From NCBI GenBank assembly GCA_016872415.1, contig VGZX01000004.1, positions 3,879 through 67,878 on the forward strand: DNA of 64,000 nucleotides. The letters are read 5' to 3'. The notes beneath the pieces were generated by a model. The model made no database searches, had not been told where the DNA came from, and worked only from the letters and a program-made list of their open reading frames with translations. Source of the stretch: SAR202 cluster bacterium. GTDB lineage: Bacteria; Chloroflexota; Dehalococcoidia; Lucifugimonadales; Australimonadaceae. Below, in pieces: positions 48,215 through 57,451 of this stretch (position 1 is the stretch's first letter; each line of letters starts with the position of its first letter). The translations under genes and the position numbers were made by a program.

Positions 48215-50695
48215 ATGGTAACGACGCGGATGGTGCAGTTGCGCTACGACCCCAAGACGATCGACGGCAAATGGCAGTCGCGGTGGGCGGCCGATGGTCT
48301 CTATCGCGTGTCCGATGACGACCCACGCCCACGGTGGTACGCCCTCACCATGTTTCCGTACCCCTCCGGCGACCTGCACATCGGCCACTGGTACGCGATG
48401 TCGCCGTCGGACGCGCACGCCCGCTTCATGCGGATGCGCGGCTTCAATGTGCTGCACCCCATGGGGTTCGACGCGTTTGGACTGCCCGCCGAGAACGCGG
48501 CCATCAAGCGCGGCATTCATCCGCACACGTGGACGATGGCGAACATCGAGCGCATGCGCGGCCAGCTGCGCTCCATGGGCACCGTCTACGACTGGAGCCG
48601 CGAGGTCGTCACCTGCCAGCCCGCGTATTACAAATGGAACCAGTGGTTCTTCCTGCGGATGCTGGAGAAGGGCCTGGTCTACCGCGCCAACGCGCCGGTC
48701 AACTGGTGCCCCGGCTGCAACACCGTGCTCGCCAACGAGCAGGTCGTCGACGGCAAGTGCGAGCGTTCCGGCGATGTGGTGATCCGGCGCGAAATGGAGC
48801 AATGGTTTTTCAAGATCACCGCCTACGCCGACGAGCTGCTCGACTTTTCCGGACTCATCGAGTGGCCCGAGCGTATCAAGACGATGCAGGCTAACTGGAT
48901 CGGCCGTAGCGAAGGAGTGGAGACGTCGTTCGACATCTCCGAGTACGGGTTGGCGGACCGGGACATCCGCGTCTTCACGACGCGTATTGACACGATCTTC
49001 GGCGTGACGTTCATGGCGCTGGCTCCCGAACACCCGCTCGTCGCGAAGTTGACGTCCGCCGACCGGCGCGCCGCCGTCGACGCCTACGTCCAGGCCGCCC
49101 GCGAGGCGAGCGAGGTCGAGCGCCTCTCCACGGAGCGCGAGAAGACCGGTGTCTTCATCGGCGCCTACGCCACGAACCGGCTGAACGGCGAGCGAGTGCC
49201 GATTTACGCGGCCGACTACGTGCTCGCGAGCTATGGCACGGGAGCCGTGATGGGGGTGCCCGCGCACGACGAGCGTGACTTCGTGTTCGCCAAAAAGTAC
49301 GGCATTCCGATCAAGGTCGTGATCGCGCCGCTCGGCTGGAGCGAGGGTGACGAGCTGCCGGCGGCTTACGTCGACAAGGCCGGTGGCACTCAGGTCCATT
49401 CCGGCAGGTTCTCCGGCATGCCGCAGGCCGAGGGCTACAAGGCCATCGCCGACGAGATCGAGGCGAAGGGCTGGGGCCGGCGCACGGTCGGCTATCGCAT
49501 GCGCGACTGGCTCATCTCACGGCAACGGTACTGGGGCACCCCCATTCCCATCGTCTACTGCGCGCGCGACGGCGCCGTGCCGGTGCCCTACGATCAGCTG
49601 CCCGTGATGCTGCCCGAGGATGCCGAGTTCAAGCCGACGGGCGAGTCGCCGCTCGCCCGGCATGCGGGCTTCGTGAACACGACGTGCCCCCGGTGCGGTG
49701 ACCCGGTGACGCGCGAGACCGATACGATGGACACCTTCGTCGATTCCTCGTGGTATTTCTTGCGTTATGTCAGCCCGCACTACGAAGAAGGCCCGGCCGA
49801 CCCACGGTCGGCGCGTCACTGGTGCCCCGTGAACCAATACACCGGCGGGGCCGAACACGCCACGATGCACCTGCTGTACGCGCGCTTCTTCACGAAGGCG
49901 ATGCGCGACCTCGGCGTCGTCGAGTTCGGCGAACCGTTCCTGCGCCTGTTCAACCAGGGCACGATCCTGTCGAACCACATGAAGATGAGCAAGAGCCGTG
50001 GGAACGTGGTCGCGCCTGATGAGTACGTTGGCGAGCTGGGCGCCGATGTGGTCCGCCTTTACCTGATGTTCCTCGGCCCGTGGGAGGGTGGCGGCGACTG
50101 GAGCGATACCGGCATCAATGGTGTCGCCCGGTGGGTAAACCGCCTGTGGGACCTCGCGACCAAGCCCGTCGGCACGCTGCCCGCCATCGACGGCTCGGCC
50201 GACCGTGAGGTCACGCGACTGTTGCACCAGACCATCAAGAAAGCCATTGGCGATTACGAGGCATTCAAATACAACACCGCTATTGCCGCCATGATGGAGT
50301 TCACGAATAACTTGGCACCCGTGCACGAGGCCGGCGCCGTCTCGGCGTCCGTCTACCGGCAGGCCATCCATGACCTGCTGCTGCTGCTCGCCCCTATGGC
50401 GCCACACATCACCGAGGAGCTGTGGGAGCGTGCCGGACATCGTTACAGCATCCACCAGCGGTCGCTGCCAACGTGGGACGAGCGCTTGGCCGCCGCCGAC
50501 GAGGTGACGCTGGTGGTGCAGGTGAACGGCAAGGTGCGCGACCGCATCACCGTGCCCGCTGACACGAACGAGGAGGCGGCCAAGAGCGTCGCGCTCGCCA
50601 GCGACAAGGTGCGTCAGTTCACGGAGGGCAAGCAGGTGGGCCAGGTCATCTTCGTCCCCGGCCGCTGGCTGGTCAGCGTGGTGGTGAAGGGGTAG
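48215..50695 (+). CDS. leuS: Leucyl-tRNA synthetase
   Basis: MFPYPSGDLHIGH, DWLISRQRYWG, KMSKS. Confidence 0.98.
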   Translation: MVTTRMVQLRYDPKTIDGKWQSRWAADGLYRVSDDDPRPRWYALTMFPYPSGDLHIGHWYAMSPSDAHARFMRMRGFNVLHPMGFDAFGLPAENAAIKRGIHPHTWTMANIERMRGQLRSMGTVYDWSREVVTCQPAYYKWNQWFFLRMLEKGLVYRANAPVNWCPGCNTVLANEQVVDGKCERSGDVVIRREMEQWFFKITAYADELLDFSGLIEWPERIKTMQANWIGRSEGVETSFDISEYGLADRDIRVFTTRIDTIFGVTFMALAPEHPLVAKLTSADRRAAVDAYVQAAREASEVERLSTEREKTGVFIGAYATNRLNGERVPIYAADYVLASYGTGAVMGVPAHDERDFVFAKKYGIPIKVVIAPLGWSEGDELPAAYVDKAGGTQVHSGRFSGMPQAEGYKAIADEIEAKGWGRRTVGYRMRDWLISRQRYWGTPIPIVYCARDGAVPVPYDQLPVMLPEDAEFKPTGESPLARHAGFVNTTCPRCGDPVTRETDTMDTFVDSSWYFLRYVSPHYEEGPADPRSARHWCPVNQYTGGAEHATMHLLYARFFTKAMRDLGVVEFGEPFLRLFNQGTILSNHMKMSKSRGNVVAPDEYVGELGADVVRLYLMFLGPWEGGGDWSDTGINGVARWVNRLWDLATKPVGTLPAIDGSADREVTRLLHQTIKKAIGDYEAFKYNTAIAAMMEFTNNLAPVHEAGAVSASVYRQAIHDLLLLLAPMAPHITEELWERAGHRYSIHQRSLPTWDERLAAADEVTLVVQVNGKVRDRITVPADTNEEAAKSVALASDKVRQFTEGKQVGQVIFVPGRWLVSVVVKG

Positions 50696-50700
50696 GCGTC

Positions 50701-51181
50701 TTGACCCTTACCGTCCGCCACGGCACGATGGCCGACTACGAGGCGTTGGCGGTGCTGTATCGGCAGACGGACGAGTACCACGCGCGCATCGAGCCGCGTC
50801 TCATGCGCGTGCCGGACGGTCCGTCGCGGCCGCCATCGCTGGTCCAGTCGGTGACCGATGATCCGGAGTCGGCGTTGCTGGTGGCGGAGGGCGCCGGCGG
50901 CGCGCTGCTGGGCACCCTCATCGTGCGGCTATCGAAGCCGTGGAGCGATCCGCGATCGGTGCCGCTCCAGTTCGCCGAGGTGAGCGATCTCGTCGTGACC
51001 GAGCGCGCGGCGCACCAGTGTCGCCAAGGCGTTGATGGAAGCGGCGGAGGCGTGGGCGCGCGAGCACGGGGCCGCCGGCCTCAGCCTTGGCCTGTTCGCC
51101 AGCAATGAATCCGCGCTCAGCCTCTACAAGACGCTTGGATTCGAGATCAGTTCGTTCCGCATGCGGAAATTCCTCGACTAG
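50701..51181 (+). pseudogene. GNAT acetyltransferase, frameshifted near 51005
   Basis: N-half ends VSDLVVTER; shifted frame continues VAKALMEAAEAWA...NESALSLYKTLGF to TAG 51179-51181; span is 3n+1. Confidence 0.8.
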
Positions 51182-52308
51182 TCGCCCTGTGTCCTGCCCA
51201 GCGCCTCATCCACGGTGATGCACGGCAGCCGGAGCGCCTCCGCCACCGCCGCGTTGGTCAGTCTGCCCTGGTGGGTGTTCAGCCCCGAAGCCAGCGCCGG
51301 GTCCAGCCGCATCGCCTCCAGCGGGCCGTGGTGGGCGATAGCGATGACGTAGGGCAATGTGGCGTTGGTCAGCGCCATGGTCGACGTGCGGGGCACGGCA
51401 CCGGGCATGTTCGTCACGCAGTAGTGGATCACGCCGTCCACCTCGTAGACCGGGTCGTGGTGCGACGTCGGCCGGGTCGTCTCGATGCACCCGCCTTGGT
51501 CGACCGCCACATCGACGATCACGGCGCCCGGCTTCATCGAGGCCACCATCCGTCGCGTGACGACGCGGGGGGCCGATGCCCCCGCGATGAGCACCGCCCC
51601 AATCACCAGGTCGGCATCGCGCACCGCCTCGGCGATGGAGCTGCTCGACGCGACGACCGTTTCGAAGCTGCCACGCAACACCTCGGTGAGGTAACGGAGG
51701 CGTGGCGCGCTCTTGTCGATGATCGTCACGTGGGCGCCCATGCCGAGCGCGATGATCGCCGCATTCGTGCCCACGGTGCCCGCGCCGATGACCACCGCCT
51801 TCGCCGGAGGCACGCCGGGCACGCCCCCAAGTAGCGTGCCCATGCCGCCGAAGTGGCGCTCCAAGTAGCGCGCGCCGATTTGCGCGGATAGGCGCCCCGC
51901 GACTTCGCTCATGGGTTGCAGCAATGGGAGCGAACCGTCGGGCAGGCGCACGGTCTCGTAGGCTATGCCGGTGGTCTGGTGGCGTAGCAGCGCCTCGGCG
52001 GCCTCGCGCGCCGCCGCGAGGTGCAAGTAGGTGAACAGCGTGAGCCCCGGCCTCAGGTAGCCGAGCTCCGGTCCCAGCGGCTCCTTCACCTTCACCACGA
52101 GGTCGCACTTGCTGAACAGCACCGATGGGTCGTCCACGATGTCGGCGCCGGCGGCCACGTACTGCTCGTCGGTGAAGCCGCTGCCGGCTCCGGCGTTGCG
52201 TTGCACGTACACGTCGTGACCTGCGTCTTCCAGCGCCTGCGCGCCGGTTGGCGTGAGTGCCACGCGGTTCTCGCCGTCCTTGATTTCCCGGGGTATGCCG
52301 ATGCCCAC
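51178..52308 (-). CDS. ald: Alanine dehydrogenase
   Basis: PREIKDGENRV, FTYLHLA, MSEVAGR, DVAVDQGG, NMPGAVPRTST. Confidence 0.97.
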   Translation of the reverse strand: MGIGIPREIKDGENRVALTPTGAQALEDAGHDVYVQRNAGAGSGFTDEQYVAAGADIVDDPSVLFSKCDLVVKVKEPLGPELGYLRPGLTLFTYLHLAAAREAAEALLRHQTTGIAYETVRLPDGSLPLLQPMSEVAGRLSAQIGARYLERHFGGMGTLLGGVPGVPPAKAVVIGAGTVGTNAAIIALGMGAHVTIIDKSAPRLRYLTEVLRGSFETVVASSSSIAEAVRDADLVIGAVLIAGASAPRVVTRRMVASMKPGAVIVDVAVDQGGCIETTRPTSHHDPVYEVDGVIHYCVTNMPGAVPRTSTMALTNATLPYVIAIAHHGPLEAMRLDPALASGLNTHQGRLTNAAVAEALRLPCITVDEALGRTQGD

Positions 52309-52358
52309 GATGGTCTCCTACGTGCCGTCAGACCCTTGCCGACGGCTGCTTAGTCCGC

Positions 52359-54947
52359 TTAAGAGATCGCGAATGTGGAGCCATCCAGTGTCCGCGTCAC
52401 TTCGATGCGTACCGGGAAGGCTTCCTTGACGTCACCCATGTGCGTGATAACCAGGATACGCTGAAACTGATCCTCGATCGTCCGTATCAGTTCCACGATG
52501 TGGTCGCGGCCGTCGGCATCCTGGGTGCCGAAGCCCTCGTCGATGAACAGCGTCGGCAATGCCGCGCCGGAGCGCCACGCCAGCAGTTTGCTCAGCGCGA
52601 TGCGGAGGGCGAAGTCGATCCGGAATCGCTCGCCGCCGCTGAACATCTCGTAGGCCCGGTGCCCCAGCTCATCGGAGATGTTGATTTCCAGCGTTTCCAC
52701 CGGCTCGCCCACGTCGCCCGCGCGTCCGGTGCGCTTCGCCCGTTGCGTCTCCATCTTCAGCGACATGCGCCCATCGGTCATGCGCTTCAGCAGCTCGTTG
52801 CCGTCGGCTTCCAGCCGGGGTATGGCCGTTTCGATCAGTAGCGCTTGCACGCCGCCCTTGCCGAACGCCACCGCCAGCTCATCGTAAATGGCGGCACGCC
52901 GCGCTTGCTCCTGTTGGTCGGCCTGCCGCGCCTTCCATTCCACCTGAGCGTGACGCGCCGCGTCGAGCTGCGTCCGCAACGAGCCGCGCCGCGACTGCAA
53001 GCCATCGTACTGGACCCTCGCGGCGTCGCGTTCGCGTTCCAACCCAGCGCGACGCGTTTCATAGGCGGGCAGCTCCCGCAGTTCGTCGGCGATCCGTTTT
53101 CGAAGCTCGACGACCTGCGCCAGCTCCTGCGCCGCCTCGAGCTGGCGGGCGCGGACCCGCTCCAATGCGGCACCGTCTTCGGTCAAGCGGGTCTTCGCCT
53201 CTGTCAGCGTGCGCTCCGCGACCTCCCATGGAGCCAGGCGCTTGACTTCGTCATCGGCGAGCAGCACTTCCTGGGGATCGAATGCCAGCTCCGCGATTCG
53301 GGCTCGCAGCGTCGCGGCGGCCGCATGCTCTTGCTCGGCGTAAGACTTGGCGTCCAGCCGCAGCCGGGACTCGGCCAACGCCGCTTGCAGGCTCGCGGCC
53401 TCGGCCGCCGCCCGTTGCGCCTCCTCGCGCTGTGCCGCGAGGAGGGCGATCTCGCTTTCCAGCCGCCTTCGTTCCGTGTCGGCCGCTTGCTGCTCGCGCG
53501 CCGCTTCCGCTTGGGCCTGCTCGGCCTCCCGCGAGAGCTGCTTGGCCGACGCATCCTGGTCGCGGTAGCGGCGCCGCAGCTCGGCGATCTCGTCGTGGTA
53601 CCGGGTGCGGAGCCGCGCCAGGGCAGTGGCGTCCAGCGATTGCTCGCACAGGGGGCAGGCCGCGCCGTCCGCGTGCTGGTGGTCCAGCAGGTCCAGCTTG
53701 GCGCGCGTCTCCTCGCCCAGCGCCTTCACGCGGACGTTGTCGTCCAGCAGCCGGCGCGCTTCCACGGCGAGCGCTTGATGGCGCTCCACGAGGGCCGAGA
53801 CGGCCGCCGCGCGTGCGCCGACCGACGCCAGGGCCGCTTGGCGCTCGGCGATCTGCTGTTCCGCGCGCTGCAGGCCGGCAGCCTTTGGCAGCACATCGCG
53901 ATTGAGGTGCCGTTGCAGCGCCGCGACCTCAGCCTCCAACCGGGCGCGGTCGGCGGCGATGCGCTGCTCAAGCGGCGCCAGTTCGCGATGCAGTGCGTTA
54001 TAGCGTTGCTCCGCAGTCCGCAGCGCGTCCAAGCGCGCGCGAGCGGAGGCAAGCGCCTTGGCGCCCGCTTCCGTCTCCTCGGCCCGCGCCATCGCATGGT
54101 TCCACCCCGCTATGCGCTGCTCCATTTGCAGCGCCTCCTGGCGGGCGTCCCGCTCGCGCGCGGCGGCTCGCCGCTCGTTCTCCGCCAGCGCGTCCGTTTC
54201 GGCCTGTCGCCGTTCGAGGTCGGCCACGCGGGCACGCACCAACTCCAGCCGCTCGGCGAGCGATTCGACCGTCAGCCGCGACGCCTCGATCTGACGGTCG
54301 GCATCGGCAAGCTCCGTCTCGACGCTCGCCATCCGCGATGCCTGCTCGTGGAGGCGATCGATGACGGAGCCGATGGCCGCGACCTGCGCTTGTGCCCCCT
54401 TCGCCCGCTGTTTCGCGATCTCTTCCAGCCGGTCGTAGAGGCCGAGGCCGAGCACGCTCGCGAGTACCTGCTTCCGCTCGGCGGGCGTCGCCATGGTGAA
54501 CAGGTCGGCGCGGCCCTGCAGCAGGAATGCGCTGTTCACGAACGTGGCGTAGTCCATGCCCACCAGCCGCTCGATATGAGCCTGTGTCGCCGGGATCGTG
54601 TCGGCGGTGATGGGCCGGTAGCCTTCGCCGGTCTCGACGCCGATCTCCAGCGAGCTTTGTGGCGTGCGCCGGGCGTGCGAGTAACGCCGCGTCACGCGGT
54701 AGCGCTGGCCGGCCGCCTCGAAATCGAGCGTGACCGACATCTCCTGCTGCCCCTGGTGGATGAGCTGCTCGGCGCGCTGCCCACGCGCCTTGCCCCAGAG
54801 CGCCCACGTCATCGCATCCAGCAGGGCGGACTTGCCATGGCCGTTCGCTCCGCATAGGCAGGCGACATGGATGCCCTCCAGCCGCAGCGTGGGTGCGTTC
54901 TCGCGGTAAGAGAGAAAATTTCGGACGGTAAGACTGAGCGGCAGCAA
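52359..54947 (-). CDS. sbcC: SbcC/Rad50-like SMC ATPase (start uncertain)
   Basis: NFLSY, GANGHGKS, LLQG, coiled coil with CPLC hook, FSGGE, LFIDEGFGTQD, ITH. Confidence 0.92.
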   Translation of the reverse strand: MLPLSLTVRNFLSYRENAPTLRLEGIHVACLCGANGHGKSALLDAMTWALWGKARGQRAEQLIHQGQQEMSVTLDFEAAGQRYRVTRRYSHARRTPQSSLEIGVETGEGYRPITADTIPATQAHIERLVGMDYATFVNSAFLLQGRADLFTMATPAERKQVLASVLGLGLYDRLEEIAKQRAKGAQAQVAAIGSVIDRLHEQASRMASVETELADADRQIEASRLTVESLAERLELVRARVADLERRQAETDALAENERRAAARERDARQEALQMEQRIAGWNHAMARAEETEAGAKALASARARLDALRTAEQRYNALHRELAPLEQRIAADRARLEAEVAALQRHLNRDVLPKAAGLQRAEQQIAERQAALASVGARAAAVSALVERHQALAVEARRLLDDNVRVKALGEETRAKLDLLDHQHADGAACPLCEQSLDATALARLRTRYHDEIAELRRRYRDQDASAKQLSREAEQAQAEAAREQQAADTERRRLESEIALLAAQREEAQRAAAEAASLQAALAESRLRLDAKSYAEQEHAAAATLRARIAELAFDPQEVLLADDEVKRLAPWEVAERTLTEAKTRLTEDGAALERVRARQLEAAQELAQVVELRKRIADELRELPAYETRRAGLERERDAARVQYDGLQSRRGSLRTQLDAARHAQVEWKARQADQQEQARRAAIYDELAVAFGKGGVQALLIETAIPRLEADGNELLKRMTDGRMSLKMETQRAKRTGRAGDVGEPVETLEINISDELGHRAYEMFSGGERFRIDFALRIALSKLLAWRSGAALPTLFIDEGFGTQDADGRDHIVELIRTIEDQFQRILVITHMGDVKEAFPVRIEVTRTLDGSTFAIS

Positions 54948-55095
54948 TGCCTGGCTCCCGAATGGGTTCGGCGGTGGCGATTGTAGCATAGGACGTGCGC
55001 CGTTCTGCCCGCGCAGCCGTCCAATACCTTGCCGGTGGGTTGCGCCGATGCTAGTATCAAGGGCGTTCGGCAATCCTTTTTCGAGAGGCCACGCC

Positions 55096-55893
55096 TTGCC
55101 CCTACACATCGTGGTCCTCGCCAAGCAGGTCACGGACTCTGAGGCCCCGGCCAGCGCCTACAGCGTCGATGCCACGGGCAAGCGGGTGGTGCTACAAGGG
55201 AGCGTACCGTTCATCGTGAACGGATTCGACGAGAATGCCGTCGAGGCGGCGCTCCGCATCAAGGACGCGGCGCCCGACAGGCGCATAACCGTCGTCTCCG
55301 CAGGCACCGAGTTCGCGCTCGACGTGGTCAAGAAGCCCGTAGCGATGGGCGCGGAGGCCCTGGTGCTGTTGCAGGACGGCGCATTCCAAAACACCATCGA
55401 TCCGCTGTTCACGGTGCGGGCGCTTGCCGCCGCCATCCATAAACTCGGCCAAGTCGACCTCGTTTTGGCTGGACGCCAAGCATCCGATTGGGACAATTCG
55501 CAGGTGCCGCTCGGCGTCGCGGAGACGCTCGGGTGGCCGGTGATTCACGTGACGCAGCGAGTCGACGTCAGCGGGGCCACCGTTCGCGCGCACCGCGTGC
55601 TGCCTGACGGCCACGAGGTGGTAGAGGCGCCTCTGCCCGCCGTCGTCACCGTGTCGAACGAGCTCGGCTCGCCGCGCTACCCCAACATGCGGGGCATCAT
55701 GGCTTCGAAGCGCGTGCAGCCCACCGTGTGGACCGCCGCCGACCTGGGCGTTTCCAGGCCGGCCCCGGCGCTGGAACTCGCCGCCGCCGCGCTGCCCAAG
55801 CGCACGGTCGAAACCGAGCTGATCAAGGGCGACGACGACGCCGACGCCGGGCGCAAGCTCGCCATGCGTTTGCGCGAGGCAAGACTACTATGA
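55096..55893 (+). CDS. etfB: Electron transfer flavoprotein beta subunit
   Basis: KQVTD, FDENAVEAAL, GRQASD, PRYPNMRGIM. Confidence 0.93.
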   Translation: MPLHIVVLAKQVTDSEAPASAYSVDATGKRVVLQGSVPFIVNGFDENAVEAALRIKDAAPDRRITVVSAGTEFALDVVKKPVAMGAEALVLLQDGAFQNTIDPLFTVRALAAAIHKLGQVDLVLAGRQASDWDNSQVPLGVAETLGWPVIHVTQRVDVSGATVRAHRVLPDGHEVVEAPLPAVVTVSNELGSPRYPNMRGIMASKRVQPTVWTAADLGVSRPAPALELAAAALPKRTVETELIKGDDDADAGRKLAMRLREARLL

Positions 55894-56888
55894 CGGACTC
55901 GAACGCCCAGGGCGTGCTGGTTGTCGGCGAAATCGAGCATGGGGCGCCTTCCGCGGCGACGTTGGAGTTGTTGGCCGCCGGGCGGGCGCTGTTGCGAAAA
56001 CTGCCGGGCGAGCATCTGTCGGCGGTGCTCGCGGGCGAGCGCGCCGCCGACGCCGCGGCGCGGGCCATCGCCGCCGGCGTGGACATCGTTTACACCATCG
56101 AGGCCGACGCCGATGTGGCGTCGCACCCCGACGCCTTGGTGGCCGCCGGGCTGGAGGCGGCGAAGGCCGCCTCGCCCCGCATCGTACTGGGGCCGCGAAC
56201 GGTTTTGGGGCGTGAGGTGCTGCCGCGCCTGGCCTTCCGTCTCGGCACGGCGCTGGCGCAAGACTGCACCGCGCTGGATTTGGACGACCAGCGACGGTTA
56301 ACGGTGACCAGGCCCATTTATGGCGGCGCGATTCAGGCAACTGTCACCTGTTTGTCCACTCCCAGCGTCGCGGCGGTGCGACCGAAGGCTTATGATGCAG
56401 AGGTGGCGGATTCCGGCAGGGCCGGCACGGTCGTGCCACTGACCCTCGACCTGGCATCCACGGTGCGCGCGCGCCTGGTGGAACGGGTGACGCGCCCGGT
56501 CGAGGGCAAACGCCTGGAGGACGCGCGGGTCATCGTGAGCGGTGGTCGTGGACTTGGCGGGCCGGAGCCGTTCAAGAAGCTAGAGGAGTTGGCGGGGTTG
56601 CTGCACGGGACGGTGGGGGCTTCACGAGCGGCGGTGGACGCCGGCTGGGTGCCCGCGGCGATGCAGGTCGGCTTGACCGGCAAAACCGTGACGCCCGACG
56701 TTTACATAGCAGTGGGCATATCGGGCGCCAGTCAACACATGGCCGGGTGCGGCAGCGCGAAGACGATCGTGGCGATCAACAAGGATCCGAACGCGACCAT
56801 CTTCAAGCACGCGCACTATGGAGTCGCGGGCGACTGGCAGAAAGTGCTTCCAGCGTTCATGGACCAACTCCACGAGCTGTTGCGATAG
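55890..56888 (+). CDS. etfA: Electron transfer flavoprotein alpha subunit
   Basis: VSGGRG, GASRAAVDAGW, QVGLTGK, GISGASQH, AINKD. Confidence 0.95.
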   Translation: MTDSNAQGVLVVGEIEHGAPSAATLELLAAGRALLRKLPGEHLSAVLAGERAADAAARAIAAGVDIVYTIEADADVASHPDALVAAGLEAAKAASPRIVLGPRTVLGREVLPRLAFRLGTALAQDCTALDLDDQRRLTVTRPIYGGAIQATVTCLSTPSVAAVRPKAYDAEVADSGRAGTVVPLTLDLASTVRARLVERVTRPVEGKRLEDARVIVSGGRGLGGPEPFKKLEELAGLLHGTVGASRAAVDAGWVPAAMQVGLTGKTVTPDVYIAVGISGASQHMAGCGSAKTIVAINKDPNATIFKHAHYGVAGDWQKVLPAFMDQLHELLR

Positions 56889-56908
56889 CTCCCGCATGGA
56901 GGGGTAGC

Positions 56909-57352
56909 GTGGAACAGGACTTCGATCGCGAAATGGCGGAGGCGATGGCGCAGGCGGAACGGGCCGAGGTGGTGTGCGTCATCATGCCGATCATCAACCA
57001 ATGCTTGGTCTATGACGCGCGACACACCGCCGACGACCCTCCCCGGCTGACGGTGTCGCCGCCACTGGGGTCGGCGGAACGGCGCCTGCGTCAGGTGAAT
57101 CAGTCGCGACCGCACCTTAAGTACGTGCGCGACCTCACGGTGCTCCCGTGGACCGGCTCGGTGGAGAGCTTCGCCCATTCCGACATTTGGGAGCTCATTG
57201 TCCGGCGCATGGTGAATTCCGGCTTGAAGACGGCCGGCAACGCATGCCAAGAGGCGCTTGACGAGCTGAAGCAGTGGGAGCGCCGCGCGCTTATCGCCAT
57301 GATCAAGGGACAGGGCCCCTACCAGACCGTATGGTCGCGCGGGCGCCGTTAG
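56909..57352 (+). CDS. Hypothetical protein
   Basis: GGAGG SD before GTG, globular composition, fills the gap before the terminator. Confidence 0.75.
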   Translation: MEQDFDREMAEAMAQAERAEVVCVIMPIINQCLVYDARHTADDPPRLTVSPPLGSAERRLRQVNQSRPHLKYVRDLTVLPWTGSVESFAHSDIWELIVRRMVNSGLKTAGNACQEALDELKQWERRALIAMIKGQGPYQTVWSRGRR

Positions 57353-57384
57353 ACGACGCCAGCCGGCGAGGGACGAAATCGATC

Positions 57385-57412
57385 GAAGGGCCTCCCGGCT
57401 GGGAGGCCCTTC
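57385..57412. terminator. Hairpin between convergent genes, probable terminator
   Basis: GAAGGGCCTCCC-ggct-GGGAGGCCCTTC perfect 12-bp stem. Confidence 0.75.
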
Positions 57413-57451
57413 TTCGTCGTACCGATCATGGCTTCCTGGAGGAAAGGCTTT

